Below, in pieces: positions 14,201 through 25,423 of a stretch of DNA of 64,000 nt. Made by a program: the position numbers and the translations under genes. The notes beneath the pieces are model-generated. The model was not told the DNA's origin and searched no databases. It was given only the letters and a program-made list of their open reading frames with translations. The stretch comes from Klebsormidium nitens (lineage: Eukaryota > Plantae > Klebsormidiophyceae). Numbering within the stretch: the stretch's first letter is position 1; every line of letters begins with the position of its first letter. Location of the stretch: assembly GCA_000708835.1 (NCBI GenBank), contig DF237109.1:62001-126000 (forward strand). Direction: 5' to 3'.

Positions 14201-15648
14201 CCTTCCATTCTGGGTTGAGCGAGTCGTTAACCACTCTCGTTTCGGCCCTGACCGGCGCTGACCCGTCTGAGACGAGGGTCACAGTACAGTATGGGTCGCA
14301 TTTACTGGCCTTTACTGCCTTGCACGTGCACAGGTCCTTGAGGATGCCCCCCATCGTGAAGTCGGTTGCTTTGATGTCGCTGCCTGACAGGACCTCGACT
14401 GAGAGTGTGCCAATAAATCCGGGGAGCGCTTCTTGTTTCCGCAGGATGGAATCGTAACTTTCGAGCTCGATCTTCTTCCAGGCTTTGTATGCGTCAAAAC
14501 TCTCGAAGTCGGTCGGCAGGTGCAGGCCTGCGTCCGCTTTGAGTGCAGCTACGCGGGCCTTGATGTCTGCAAGGAGATGTTCGGAAAGATGTTGAAAGGC
14601 GTCAGCGAAAAGCAAAAAGAAGAGCTTGAAACGACTATAAGAATAACACCAAAGGTGTCTTTGGGACCGGAAGCGGTGTGCCATGTTCGAAAAGTAACTC
14701 ACCGGCGGGCTTCAACAAAAGTACCAGCTTCTTTACAGTCGGGTCTCCTTACTGGCTACCTAAATCAATATGCTACTGTAAGTCTTGCTTGCAGGGAATC
14801 GGCTGCACTTGCAGTTCAAAGTAATTTGCATGAGAATGGCTTAATCGAATCACAAAGTCGCATTGTTCAATCCCACTTTACCATGTCTTAGGTGCGAGAG
14901 GTGCATGAAAGCAGACTTGATGAGTGTCAGAGGTCTTGAGAGAGATTTTTGTTCGAGGGCATAGAACATTACGACGATCAAACTAAAGCGGAATATTCGA
15001 ATAAAAACTCTAAAGTTCATCTAGTTAACAAAACTTGGGGAGAATGCAGTCAACTTCAAAGGCAAGCTAACCTGGTATGCGGAAGGAGAGCTCGTTCTGA
15101 ACCTCCACCACTGCCTCTTGGTGCGCTTTAGTGTCAAAACCAAAGGCTCTCCTGAGAAACTCTGCAGCCGCGTAGCACTCTTCAATCGGCTTAGCACTCT
15201 CCTCCTGTGCAGCAAACACTGCCCTCAAGGCAGCTCTGTACACGCCCGCCATCTGATTCTGGTCCACCTGTTTCCTTGTTGAGAAAGCTGACGCAGTGTC
15301 GGCACCGCCACTCTGATATTGGCTTTGCAAGCTAGCAGTCTTTGGCTCTGTGAGACGATCCCCATCCTGTTTCCTGTCTTGCCAGACTATCTTAGCACCC
15401 TCAGGTCCGCTATCTGACACGCTGCCCCACTTGTAGTTGCCACCACCCTCTTGCAAACTCGCTGCGGGGCTTTCTCGTCGCCCTCCCTTTCCATTTAGTC
15501 CTTCTGATGTGTGCACTTCATCTTCATTATCTGACGAGTCTAGATCGATGTCTGCCAATGTCAGCTCGATTCTAGGCCTGGCTGTACCCTGAATGTCTCC
15601 ATCGATGATGGAAGCTGCCGAAGCAGCTATTTTGGCGGAAGGATCCAT
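2290..15648 (-). CDS. Munc13-4/BAIAP3-like protein with N-terminal helical motif, C2 domain, MUN (MHD1+MHD2) and two C-terminal GRAM domains; 20 exons, about 1570 aa
   Basis: Hand-spliced exons (- strand): 15648-15072, 14566-14001, 13631-13331, 12800-12564, 12081-11918, 11418-11146, 10414-10195, 9564-9437, 8934-8800, 8415-7828, 7165-7040, 6757-6653, 6284-6141, 5828-5679, 5409-5132, 4495-4346, 3958-3756, 3315-3215, 2877-2779, 2457-2290. They sum to 4713 nt with consistent phases. C2 motifs: GTLSVEVLSGSDIKATD, CDPYCTV, LNPEWKE, VEVWDSDD, DDFIG. MHD1-like: EKWEPVSAAKSALFSFSII and SLCVKLNNL. MHD2-like: LAPLTSYLDQHL..VFRRVLKEIW, YDYFNGGGSGL, IICLLRQRKDDEIA. GRAM-like: FGLPREDKMVAAFPC..AGTLYVTKQHVCW and YSCSK..RAGTLVATPTLLIF. 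Confidence 0.85.
4470..4650 (-). repeat. Tandem duplication (120-nt period) of branch point, 3' splice site and first ~20 nt of a GRAM-coding exon
   Basis: Functional: ccttgctgacgtgatcagctttttgttttcccag|gaacgcgaagaagctggc (exon starts 4495). Copy: tcttgctgacgtcagcgggttctgctttctgcag|gaccgcgaagaagctggc (equivalent position 4615). Confidence 0.85.
9187..9244. repeat. Intronic 24-bp tandem repeat, about 2.4 copies
   Basis: ggaaaagccttcgaccatctgaat twice exactly, followed by ggaaaagcct. Confidence 0.9.
10333..10740 (-). repeat. Three tandem copies (1 functional, 2 degenerate) of a 3' splice site plus the first 70-80 nt of the MHD1 exon
   Basis: ttccag|gacctggtggtcgccttccaggacctgcacgcggtgctggacggcctgggcgtgcggcagccgcggctg (10414); ttccag|ggcctgctgatcgccttccaggaggtgcacgcggtgctggacggcctgggcgtgcggcagccccggctg (10581); ttccag|gtggtggtccccatccaagagctgcac...cgtgcggcagccgcggctggacgtgcagtc (10728, with a 30-nt exact match to the exon). 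Confidence 0.9.
12914..13076. repeat. Intronic 80-bp tandem duplication (2 copies)
   Basis: The unit ttctcctccaggtttttgaggactggaatggaaaagcctaggatctgcacgacttatcttgaagaacttctgtgcacaat recurs 80 nt later with a few substitutions. Confidence 0.9.
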
Positions 15649-16435
15649 CGTTAAGGATAATCTCAGCCCAAACTCCTTAGAAACATTGATTCAAGCTTTC
15701 ATGCTGTCAGCTTTCCTAATCGCAAAGCTCCAATGCGTACAACCAGCTTCCGAATATGCGCGAAGCAGCACAGTTTCTTCCTTATAACAATCTTAAGCCA
15801 CGCTCAAGCTCATGAATAGCGAAGCGCTGGCGGCGCTTGTGATAGAGGAGAGAACGTGTAAGACTAGGAAAGGGCATACATCAAGGACTACCGTATGCAG
15901 AAGTTTGAACAAACGCATCAGCTGTGTGGCGGCAGCACAGCCATCTTACTCATGCAATGGTCCGATGCTAGATCACAGCAGGTATGCAACTTGGAATGCA
16001 AAGATGCAACTGTCAGGTCAGTCTAGGTTTCTATCGAACGGACGGCAGCCAATCTTCTTGCGCGCGCAATGCTTCTGTAGTTGCGAACCGTCGATCTGAA
16101 ATCACTACCCGGCAGGTCGCTGCCTGGAGTTCCGTTCAAGATTCCGGCCCAGCCAAGAAGTAGAAATCAGCTCCACTCAAGCAGAGACCAAGAGCTGTAT
16201 TCTTAATAGAGTCTTTTCCGATGCCGGAACGGAAGAGCAGTACCACAGCGGAAGCCAGAACAAGATTTGCATGCATTTATTATCTTCAGTCTTCAAGTTC
16301 AAGCAGGAGACTGCAATTTCAAAGCTTCACCTGTTTCAGAGACCTCAGTTCAAGCAGCTGCCAGATCAGATACGGGTAGGGAGACATTTATAGAGGGCCC
16401 TCCACTTCTGTAACTTGTTGAGTCTAATTGACGCC

Positions 16436-18752
16436 ATGGCCATCACAGCATCACACGCAACGGTCCGGTTGCCGTCGTCGTTCAGCTGTAGCTCATCTTT
16501 GCAGGATGCGGCTCCCACTTCGTCCTTTGCACTTCAACACACCAGCAGAATCACTTCAGCGTCCAAGCCTCGTGGGTTATTATCAATTGCTAGTGCACCG
16601 ATTCATGCAGGCTTGTTTGCAAAGACTGCATATCTTGGCCGTCAACTAGCCGTAGTTCGCGCCACACAATTGCGTGTATCAGGTGGTCACAGAGGGCGAG
16701 GTGGAGCTTTGGTGACGCGTAATGCTGGAACGGTGGTGAGTCTTACAGCTTGAGAAGCTTTTCTTTTTGAAACGCCCCTTGCTCATTGTCTAAAATTCAA
16801 AGGAGGATACTTGCGATAGGATAGAGCAGAGTTTCGCTAGACTAGTTTGGCCTCCCCCTGGAAGGGAATCGCTCCCCACCAAATTCTTTACTTGACATTC
16901 TGAGCAGAGCAATTCAGCAGAGTTGGCCTCTTCTCATATCTGAGAAGTCGGATCCCCTTCAGGACAGTGGTTTGTCAAAATGTTCCCGGATCAGTTCAAA
17001 GCTCACCGTCAATTCTGCTTCAGACCTTCCTGCCATGGCTGCGGCTCTTGCCCTCCGGTATGAACTGAGAGTCACTTAATGTTCAATTTTTTGTCCTAGC
17101 TCCTTGCCAACTTCATATACAAAGTTCCCCAATGATCAGGCCAGTAAGTATTGACATGTGCAGGAAAAAGTGACCGCAAAGGAACTGGATGACATTCTGT
17201 TGAATGAAAGGACAAAACCAATCGGTGAGTGAGTTCTGCTACCATTGCTCTTCTTAATCATAGTCCAACTTCGAAAGTCTCGTCATATATCAAGGAGAGG
17301 TCGCAAACACACGATATTCAGCTATTTAGTGGCCAGAATTGCGGACGCGCTTCTACTTCAAGTTTTCCACATGCCACCATGCTAGCCCCTCTTATGGGAG
17401 GTCATCAGTGAGTAATAGTGGTAGTCATGCGATAGTCATGCAATGGGCTCGATTCGAATGAGTCATACTTCCAGGAGATGATGCGGCGCTTAAACAAAAT
17501 TGGAGTCAAGAGAATGAATGTCCTTTGATGTGCAGTGATTGACTTTTACGCAACGTGGTGTGGACCTTGCATCATGCTGGCACAGGAACTGAAACAGGTC
17601 AGCTTCTTCTCTTTGTTGCCAGACATGAATGCAGTATCTTCTGTCCTCTTCTGTAGACTGTAACAAGTGGGGGATCTTTCTTAGTCCCTGGCTCCCTCGA
17701 TTGAGTGAGGCAAGCTGGCAGCTCTCGCGGTTCTATTCTTGTGCCTCTCTTTTTTTTGATTGTCGGGTATGTATGGCATGCCTCTCGGATTGACGACTTT
17801 ATTGCTCTTTGCAGCTCTCAGCAGAATTGGGGGACAAAGTGAGGTTCTTGAAGGTAGGTTGATCACGAGATGTTGATTACGCCCAAGCTTTAAGACCACC
17901 CAAGTTCACGCACTCGGAGGACAGTTCCAATCTGACTACTGGGCTTGTTTATGGCACTCCAGGCATGCATCTCATCTGTGTTCTGAGTTTCCTAGTCACT
18001 GTCGTCACTGTAACGACCATGCGTGTTTGGGCTTTGCTCTGCTAAAAAGTGTTGCTTGTCAAAGTTGGCTTTGGACGAAATTCTGATTGCTGTACGGACG
18101 AAAGGGCTCTCGAAGTTCAGTTCAAAATTTGAGCATCTACCAGATCACTTGAAACTGCGTACTAGGAAGGGACTTACACGTCAAGCTGTGTCTCTCTGCT
18201 CCTCGAGCCTGGACTGAGGCCCACCTCATGCTCTGAAGACAAAATCCATCCCCTGGCGGAATAGTTGATAATAGTAGGCAAAGCTGCAAAAGTGATATGT
18301 CTCCTATTGCAGGTCGATACCGACGAAGAGACGATGCTTGCAAGCCAACTACGAGTAAGATCTCTTACCTGCGCCTTACAGAATTCTGAATTGTCTGCCG
18401 GTTGGTTGGGTTTGTCTTGTCGAACGGACTGATGGCAAATCGAAGATGCAGCTTCTAAGCAAAAATGACGAGTGTGACGACGAGCCCGTCAAAGGCATAA
18501 TAGACATCAGGCGACGAGGACTCTCGAAATCGTACCTTGTCGTAATCATCTCGTCTGATTGCTTGTTTTGTGCTTGTCTAGTTTGCGGCATTCGTCATAT
18601 GGTCGACTTAACACTATCGTATGGCTCTCATGCAGATCCAAGGACTGCCAACCATGGTCTTCGTCAGTGACGACAAAACGAAGAACGCTATCCGAACAGA
18701 AGGGTTGTTGTCTTCTGAACAGATCAAGGAAATTATAGAGAAGGAACTCTAA
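16436..18752 (+). CDS. TRXZ: Thioredoxin z (CITRX), plastid-targeted; 6 exons, about 206 aa
   Basis: Exons 16436-16735, 17164-17224, 17536-17597, 17815-17853, 18313-18354, 18636-18752. Ser/Ala-rich transit peptide, then EKVTAKELDD..PIVIDFYATWCGPCIMLAQELKQ..KVDTDEE..IQGLPTMVFVSDDKTKNAIRTEGLL. The AQEL and AIRTEGL motifs are TRXz-type. Confidence 0.9.
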
Positions 18753-19837
18753 AACAATGCGTGCGCGCAAAAGATATTGTAGTTGCACAGATGGCGCCAC
18801 TACACTGAAGGCTTTCTGCCCTGCTGATGAACATGTTCGACGAGCTTCAGATTCAAAAGCCGGCTAGACAGGGCGAGCTGATGATCCGTTGCAAGGACCA
18901 GATTTGTGACATGATCATGAAGAGACAACTCCTTTCAAGGCGATCCGACAGACATGTGAGTCTGCAACTTGCTTGTGGAACGGCATGCATGCAATGATCA
19001 CAATGATGGTAGATAGTCTGAGCTATAGTGATGCAATCGCGACCCAACCTACATGTAATGTCCGACTCGATCACTTCAGTGCATGCAAGTCACCTTCATC
19101 GTGGATCAAACGTTCATGTGCCACTGAGTCACCCAGAGATCTTGGGAGCTGTTGATTGAACGTATCATTGTGCATGAGCTATCCTGTAAGTCATGTGCAA
19201 CTATGGACGGTGGAGCCATGGCCAGCCGCGGCCAGACTGGCACAAGGTAGCTCGTCATTTAGTCGCGGGTGACCATGTCATAATCGAGCTATATCAATGA
19301 ATGATGGCGCGTGCGCATATTCGTTAGCCTTTGTGATACATGTCCAATACTCAGCTAAAGAGCGGACGGTTTTTTCTTGAAGCCGAATTAAGCATCCAAC
19401 TTAACCCTCCAAATTGTTATAAACTGCATGGCGGTAGCACCTCCAGTCTTGTTTAATCAAGAAGGTATTAAGCAGATAGGCCAGGCCGCTGCATATCTTG
19501 TTCAGCTGGCTTGATAGGCTGCCACATGTACGCAGTATACCTGAGTGACTCAGGATCTATACCAGAGCGCATGGAAGCTCCTGCTTATCTTAGTACAATC
19601 AAAGAATAGCGCCCTCGTATGCAAACAATATGATCACCATGTAGCTTCAAAAGAGCTTGCTATCCCAACTCTAAAACGTGTCAAGAAGCAATTCAGCTGT
19701 CCTCTTTACTCTACCCTCCTGAAATTGAAAAGTCTGCAGTATTGACAATACGAGTGCCCGAGTGACCCAGGATGGTGCATGTCAGATCTCCTGATTAAGA
19801 TGTTAACAAAGAAACACTGCTAAACACCAAAATGGGT

Positions 19838-20727
19838 TCAATGATCGCTCGTTCGCGGTGGGGCTACTGGTTGATGAGATGGATTCCCTTGCGGCGCCTC
19901 AGCTCCCGCCTCCTTGATCAACTCTCCGATGCTCTTCTCCAGCTCATCAATGCGCCCACCCATCTCATCAAGTGTTGCGCAGTCAAGGAGGCAACGCATT
20001 GCAGCTTAACATGATAAGATGGTATAGAAGAACTCCAAAGCACTGATGCAATTGTGATGGCAAGCCTCAAGGCAGTGGGCAAAGCACATTCCCAGTTTGA
20101 GCATCTTCAAATAGACTTGCAGGATTGCACTCAGAGCGTGGGAGGATATTCCTTGAAATGATGCTGTCCGACATTGTCTGAAACCGTGCTTGCTGCACAT
20201 AAGTACAGATGGGGCACGTTAGCGGCTCCGATCATCAAGCCTCAAGTGACTTGCTTACCAAGACAACACTGCATTTGCCCCCAGAGTTGAGGAGCCACTC
20301 CAATGCCTACCGTGCCGCACTAAACGCAGTCCAGATTTAAAAACTTCTGCCACTTGTGATGAGTTGGCCCTTTCTAATGAGCCAGCACTGCGGGCCACCA
20401 GGATTAGACTATGCCTGGGGACTTACCATCTGCTGTAGTAGGTTCTGGACGAAGGCCGTCAAGTCTGCCGTGTTCTGAGGTGGACTAGCGTCCGTTTCAG
20501 GAGCTTTGTTGTCCCCCTGGAATGTTGCCACAGTCTTGTATCACTGAGATGCAGATGTGACAAACTCAACAGCCTTATTATTGTCAGAGCATGTGCCTCC
20601 AAACCTGCTGAGTCTGAAAGCGTTGAGTGCCTTTCAGAGTGCAAGCATCGCTCATAATCTCCAGTTTCAGATGCACTGAAGTAGGAAGAATGCAGAACCG
20701 AGACTTTACGGTTGACATACTCACCAT
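19838..20727 (-). CDS. HSBP1: Heat shock factor-binding protein 1 (HSBP); 4 coding exons, 89 aa; not recovered by the ORF track
   Basis: Exons 20727-20725 (ATG only), 20516-20427, 20192-20150, 19971-19838 give [63 protein letters not shown]..., the canonical HSBP coiled coil. Confidence 0.95.
19972..20149 (-). other. U12-type (minor spliceosome) AT-AC intron, 178 nt
   Basis: 5' site A|ATATCCTCC; branch sequence CCTCCTTGAC with branch A at 19983, 11 nt from the terminal AC|. Removal restores the conserved S-R-I-D-E-M frame. Confidence 0.92.
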
Positions 20728-21478
20728 GCCTCCCCTCTGCTCAAGCTGCTTGGCGGGGGCAGACTATCAAAGCGCCGCCAATTGAAGCAGGGACTTTACT
20801 CTGACGATGCTAATGCAATTGTCAGGCCTTCTGGAGACGTTTGATCTTGGGAATTACGATGCCAATGGGGAAAACAATTGGAGGAAAGACGCCCGAAAGA
20901 CGTTGTCAAAACGTGAAGGAATTTCAATCAACACCAATTTCTGTGTTGGTTTGAAGTTGAACACAATCCTGATCTGGAATTCTGCTTTGAATGTTCCGCT
21001 GCTCGTAAGCCGTTCCGGTCTTCGCAGCGGACTCGCCCGAGCTGGACTCACGTCTTTGTTTCTTTCCGAAAACATCTCTGGTACGGCGGATTCCGCTAGC
21101 TTTGGCGGAACGTGGTGTAGGCTGTGCCATGCTGCTGTACGGAGCCTTTCCTACCCCAGTCTAAATTCTTATCATGCAATAAATTCTTATTATGCCTGCG
21201 CCTTTGTCTGTGCTTGCAAGAATGCTACGAGTACTACTGCTAGCGGTGACAACGCTTGATTAGAGTCTACTTTGTCTTGAGTAGATAGTTTTGCACGTCT
21301 GTGTTCTGTGTTGTTAGGGTCCGGTGAATGCCCCGGGTTTCTTGTGGTCCGCCCGCCTGTTGTCTTGCCCAACTGCTGGTACATATACAGAAACGTTGAA
21401 ACGTCTCTCCTGGAACTTGCTGACTCTCCTGTTCTCTGATGCACGGGGTGGTGGTCACCAAAACCAGTCAAGAACACA

Positions 21479-24400
21479 ATGTCAAGTGTCGCACGTCATG
21501 CCTGGAGCCGAGCAGCGCTTGAAGCGGCTCATCTGCACTCCCAGCGCATCTCCCACCATGTCAGGGCAGGAGCCTTGCCTCTCACAATGTGGTCAGCCTC
21601 CTGGCTCTTGAGCGAGCTGGAGATGGTGCGGGCTTTCAGAAGTTGTGCATCAGGTGTTAGAAACAAGAGAGGGAGCGAAGCGGAAGTGGAAAGTGCGCAG
21701 GGGGCGGCCGTGCTGGATGCGGGGGCAACAGTCACTGACAAGCGGACGAGGTGATCAATCAGAGATTACTGACAGTGTTGTCTGACTGTGTTTACCCTCT
21801 GTCCGCTGGCTGCACTGGAGCAGACGCTGATGGTGGACTTTTGCAGTACTAAGATTCACCAATCACCCCCCGAGGTTTTGACATCTGTGGTTCTGTTTGA
21901 AACATCCTAGCTGAATGTGTCAATATCGGGGCCGCTTCTTTGCAACTCCTGTTATACAAGGTAAGACGGCCGTATTGCTTCTCTGCACTCCGATTTCGCT
22001 TAACAAAGATGATCGTACCTGTTGATCTTCACTGCTGTCAGATTCAAGCGTCCCACGCTCACCGCCCCATTTTTCTCTTCGTTCGCACAAAGTCACCAAT
22101 GAGTTCTGGCAATGAGAGCTTTTGCTGACTTAACCTGACGGTCCCAATCTTTAAGGTATTGTATTGTCTGCAGGCCCTTCCTCCGCAAACGGAGGCTCGA
22201 TGAGGTGTGCTGCGAGCGCTTCCCACAGTATAGCAGGAACGTCATTCAGTCCTGGATATTGCAAGGTCAGAGTTCTTCCTCTGTTGACGTTTGAATGTGC
22301 GGGGCGTCTCAATGACTTCCTGGAGAGGAAACTTGTGCAAGGCTCGTAATGTAGGTGGCAATTTGGTTCTAGGCCACTCCATCGGTCAGTCTGCAGAACT
22401 ATACTTGCCAGCTTGCTAAGCTGTGGCAGCACGTTGATTGAGATGGAAAACTATCAAGTCCGTTACAGGCTGTGGTAAAGGAAAACGTCTGAAAGCTGTG
22501 AGAGAAGAGTGTACGGCTCCTTTGGTTTGGCTGCTGGCAGGCCGGCTGGAGTCCATGTTTCTTCAATAGTCGTTTTACTGTTTCTCTGCGGCTTTGAGTG
22601 ATTTCAGATGTTGTACGTGACTTTCAGTGTCCCAAAGTTTGTCCCCTCCCTTTGTCAGCACACCTTAGGGCAAGTGCAAGCGGTCAGATTCTGTTATTTT
22701 AGATTCAAGTTGGGCTGCAATTCCTCCCCACAAGACGGCTTTCTCAAACACGACTTCGATTCTCCCCACCCCTCCAACCCTTTTCCAACAGCGGATTGCA
22801 CGTTACCAAGCTTTGGGATACTGAATTCAAGTTTCGCAAGCTCCAACGGCCCAGCCAGCAGCCTTGTGACAAGACTTTGAAACCAAGCTCGAACCTAACG
22901 GAAATCTCGACATTGAAACCTGATGGCTACGACTGCAGGAAAGGTGCTGGTAGATGGACATCCTGTCACTAAGGCAGGCGCCCAAGTGAAGGAAGATAGG
23001 AACATCATTCTGAACGCAGAGCAGCCCAAGTTTGTCTGCCGGTGAGTTCGGTCTCTGCTGAGTATCACGAGGTTGGCTGCAGTGCGGCCAGTTTTTGAGC
23101 GGCCTTGACTGACAGTCCTTGTCTATTCCCTTGTCAAGACACTTCAATAAGTCGTCCGGATGTAGTTGGACTGGTCTTCACAATGTTTAGCGGCTTCCGA
23201 CTGTGTTCATTCCGGTTTGAAGTTCAGAAGACCGTACCTGAGCACCTTTCAAAGGTGGTAACTTCTTCTGTTAGTCAGTCTCCAGTTTCGGACTTTCAGG
23301 GATCTCAGGAGATTCACTGCAGTGGACATTGACTGGTCTGTCTGGGGCAAGGTCTTCGACTCACAACAGACCTTAGCAGTCACATTCCGCTCGTCTTCTT
23401 GCAGGGCAGGCTACAAGCTGGAGGGCGCCTTGGATCACTTCCAAATCGACGTCACCGGAAAAGTTGCTCTTGACTCGGGGCTCTCTACTGGAGGCTTCAC
23501 GGACCTGCTTCTACAACGGGGAGCTACGAAAGTGTACGGGGTTGATGTCGGGTATGGCCAGGTAAGCTCTAAGTCAGGAACACCACTTAGTCAGGCGCTT
23601 GAGCTGAACCCTTGATGCCTTCGATACTTAGTGATCGTTTTGCCGCACCCTTTCTTGCCCTGTTGCTCGTCTGACCAGAAATATGAATGTGGACGTAAGG
23701 TTTCACGTCGACCGAAAAGTGCTAAGTTCACCAGCTTCGCAACTCCTCCGCGTACAGCTTCGTACACTGCCGCTCAGGTAAACCTTTGTATTGATTCTGT
23801 GCTTACCTGCCACGTGATCACTTGAAGCTTTCTCATTGATCCGGAGGACCGCAGACGAGCGCTCACCCATCTCGGTCGACGCGGGACCCAAATCGGGACT
23901 TTTCTCTTCGATCGCAAGTCTATGGTCCCCTTGAATCGGTGGTTATTGTCGCTTCTAGCGAAAAGGATCAGGAAGAACGGACCTCGGGGGGCAAGGGATG
24001 AGGAAGCAGATCATAACAATACGTGGCGCGCGTGCAGGTAGCGGAGAAAATTCGGCAGGACGAACGCGTTGTGATCATGGAGCGCACCAATTTGCGGTAC
24101 CTTGAGGGGCTGCCCGAGCCGGTGGATCTCGTCACGCTCGACCTCTCCTTCATATCCATCCTCCTTGTGAGCCTCGCAACTGCGTTCAGCTTGAGACATC
24201 GTTCTTAGTGTCTGCCTCATGACCGGTGTATGCTTCACCATCTGAATCACGAGTTTTTCTCTTCGCTTGCACCATAGCTTTTGCTTCTTTCTCCCTTTCA
24301 TAAGATTTGAAAACCTCTCTTACAGAGGCCTTAATTGTCGAGTTTTCAGCATGTTCCTCGGCGCAATGAAGTGGCTTTGACCGTGGTGGATCAAGTATGG

Positions 24401-25423
24401 GTGAGAGGGTTCCTTTGCAAAGCGGGTGCTCTAGGCGGATATCAGGCACGCTGCTTTGTCCAAAACAATCCCGCCTATTTTCCTGGACTGGTTTCTCGAA
24501 AAATCTGTTAGCTTTGTCCATAGGACACAATGGAAAAATTTGTGCAGCAGCCAAGCCGTTTTCGTCACCAGTTCCTTACGAGAAGGATATCGTTGACAAA
24601 CTTGGAGTTTTTTTCACGAGTTTGCGCTGTGACGTTGCCGTTACTGTTCCAGCTGCGCTGTAGGAGACGGAACAACATCTCCAAGATTCCAACGTCTTGG
24701 ACAGGTCAAAGTAAGACCCTTGAAATAGTTGCCTGACCCGAGCCGCGGGCCACCATTGCAGGTCATGCCGGCGGTGGTGGCGTGTATGAAACCGGAGAGC
24801 ATGCTCATCACTCTCATCAAGCCGCAGTTTGAAGCGGGTCGCTCACAGGTAAGACGGGACTCTGCTGCTCTTGTACAAGAGCGTCTAGAGTCCAAAACAG
24901 AACTTTTTCAAGAATGGTAAATCTCTTATCGTCGTTAATGAGAATGTACGGTTCTCACTACTTGGCTATATAATATACGATTATGAACGAAGGTTCTTGA
25001 CTACCTTTTGTGTAAGAGAGGCCCTCAACGCTTCCTTTACATTCACACTCCCTGTACTCCTTCTGCTTCCACTCCGTTGCTTTGTGAGTCTGTTATCGTC
25101 TTTCCCGAAAAGTACCCAGCTTCCGGATTCAGGAGCCTGTAAAGATGTCTGCTTCTCGCCTGCAGGTCGGGAGTGGTGGCATCGTGCGAGATCCGGCTGT
25201 GCACCAGGACGTTCTGTGCAGGATTATAGCGGGGGTGAAAGCCTTTGGTTTCGAGTGCATCGGTCACATACAATCCCCGATCAAAGGGACCGAGGGGAAC
25301 GTGGAGTTTCTCGGCGTCTTTCGGAGGCAGTGTCCGCCTCATAGCGGCATCTTACAAGAGGCTGCAGATGCTGGCGTTGCAAAGGCCCCCGTTAAGCTTC
25401 GAGATGACCGGACGCAAGGTTGA
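21479..25423 (+). CDS. tlyA: TlyA/hemolysin A-family rRNA 2'-O-methyltransferase (S4 + FtsJ-like domains), organelle-targeted; 7 exons, about 365 aa
   Basis: Exons 21479-21750, 22174-22265, 22939-23041, 23405-23561, 24038-24166, 24762-24848, 25166-25423. Motifs: [100 protein letters not shown]. Confidence 0.93.

Noticed and set aside
20924-21130. 68-aa - strand ORF upstream of HSBP1, considered as a uORF
   Set aside because: It contains a likely 5' UTR donor (aaagac|gtgagt), and there is no TSS or conservation evidence.
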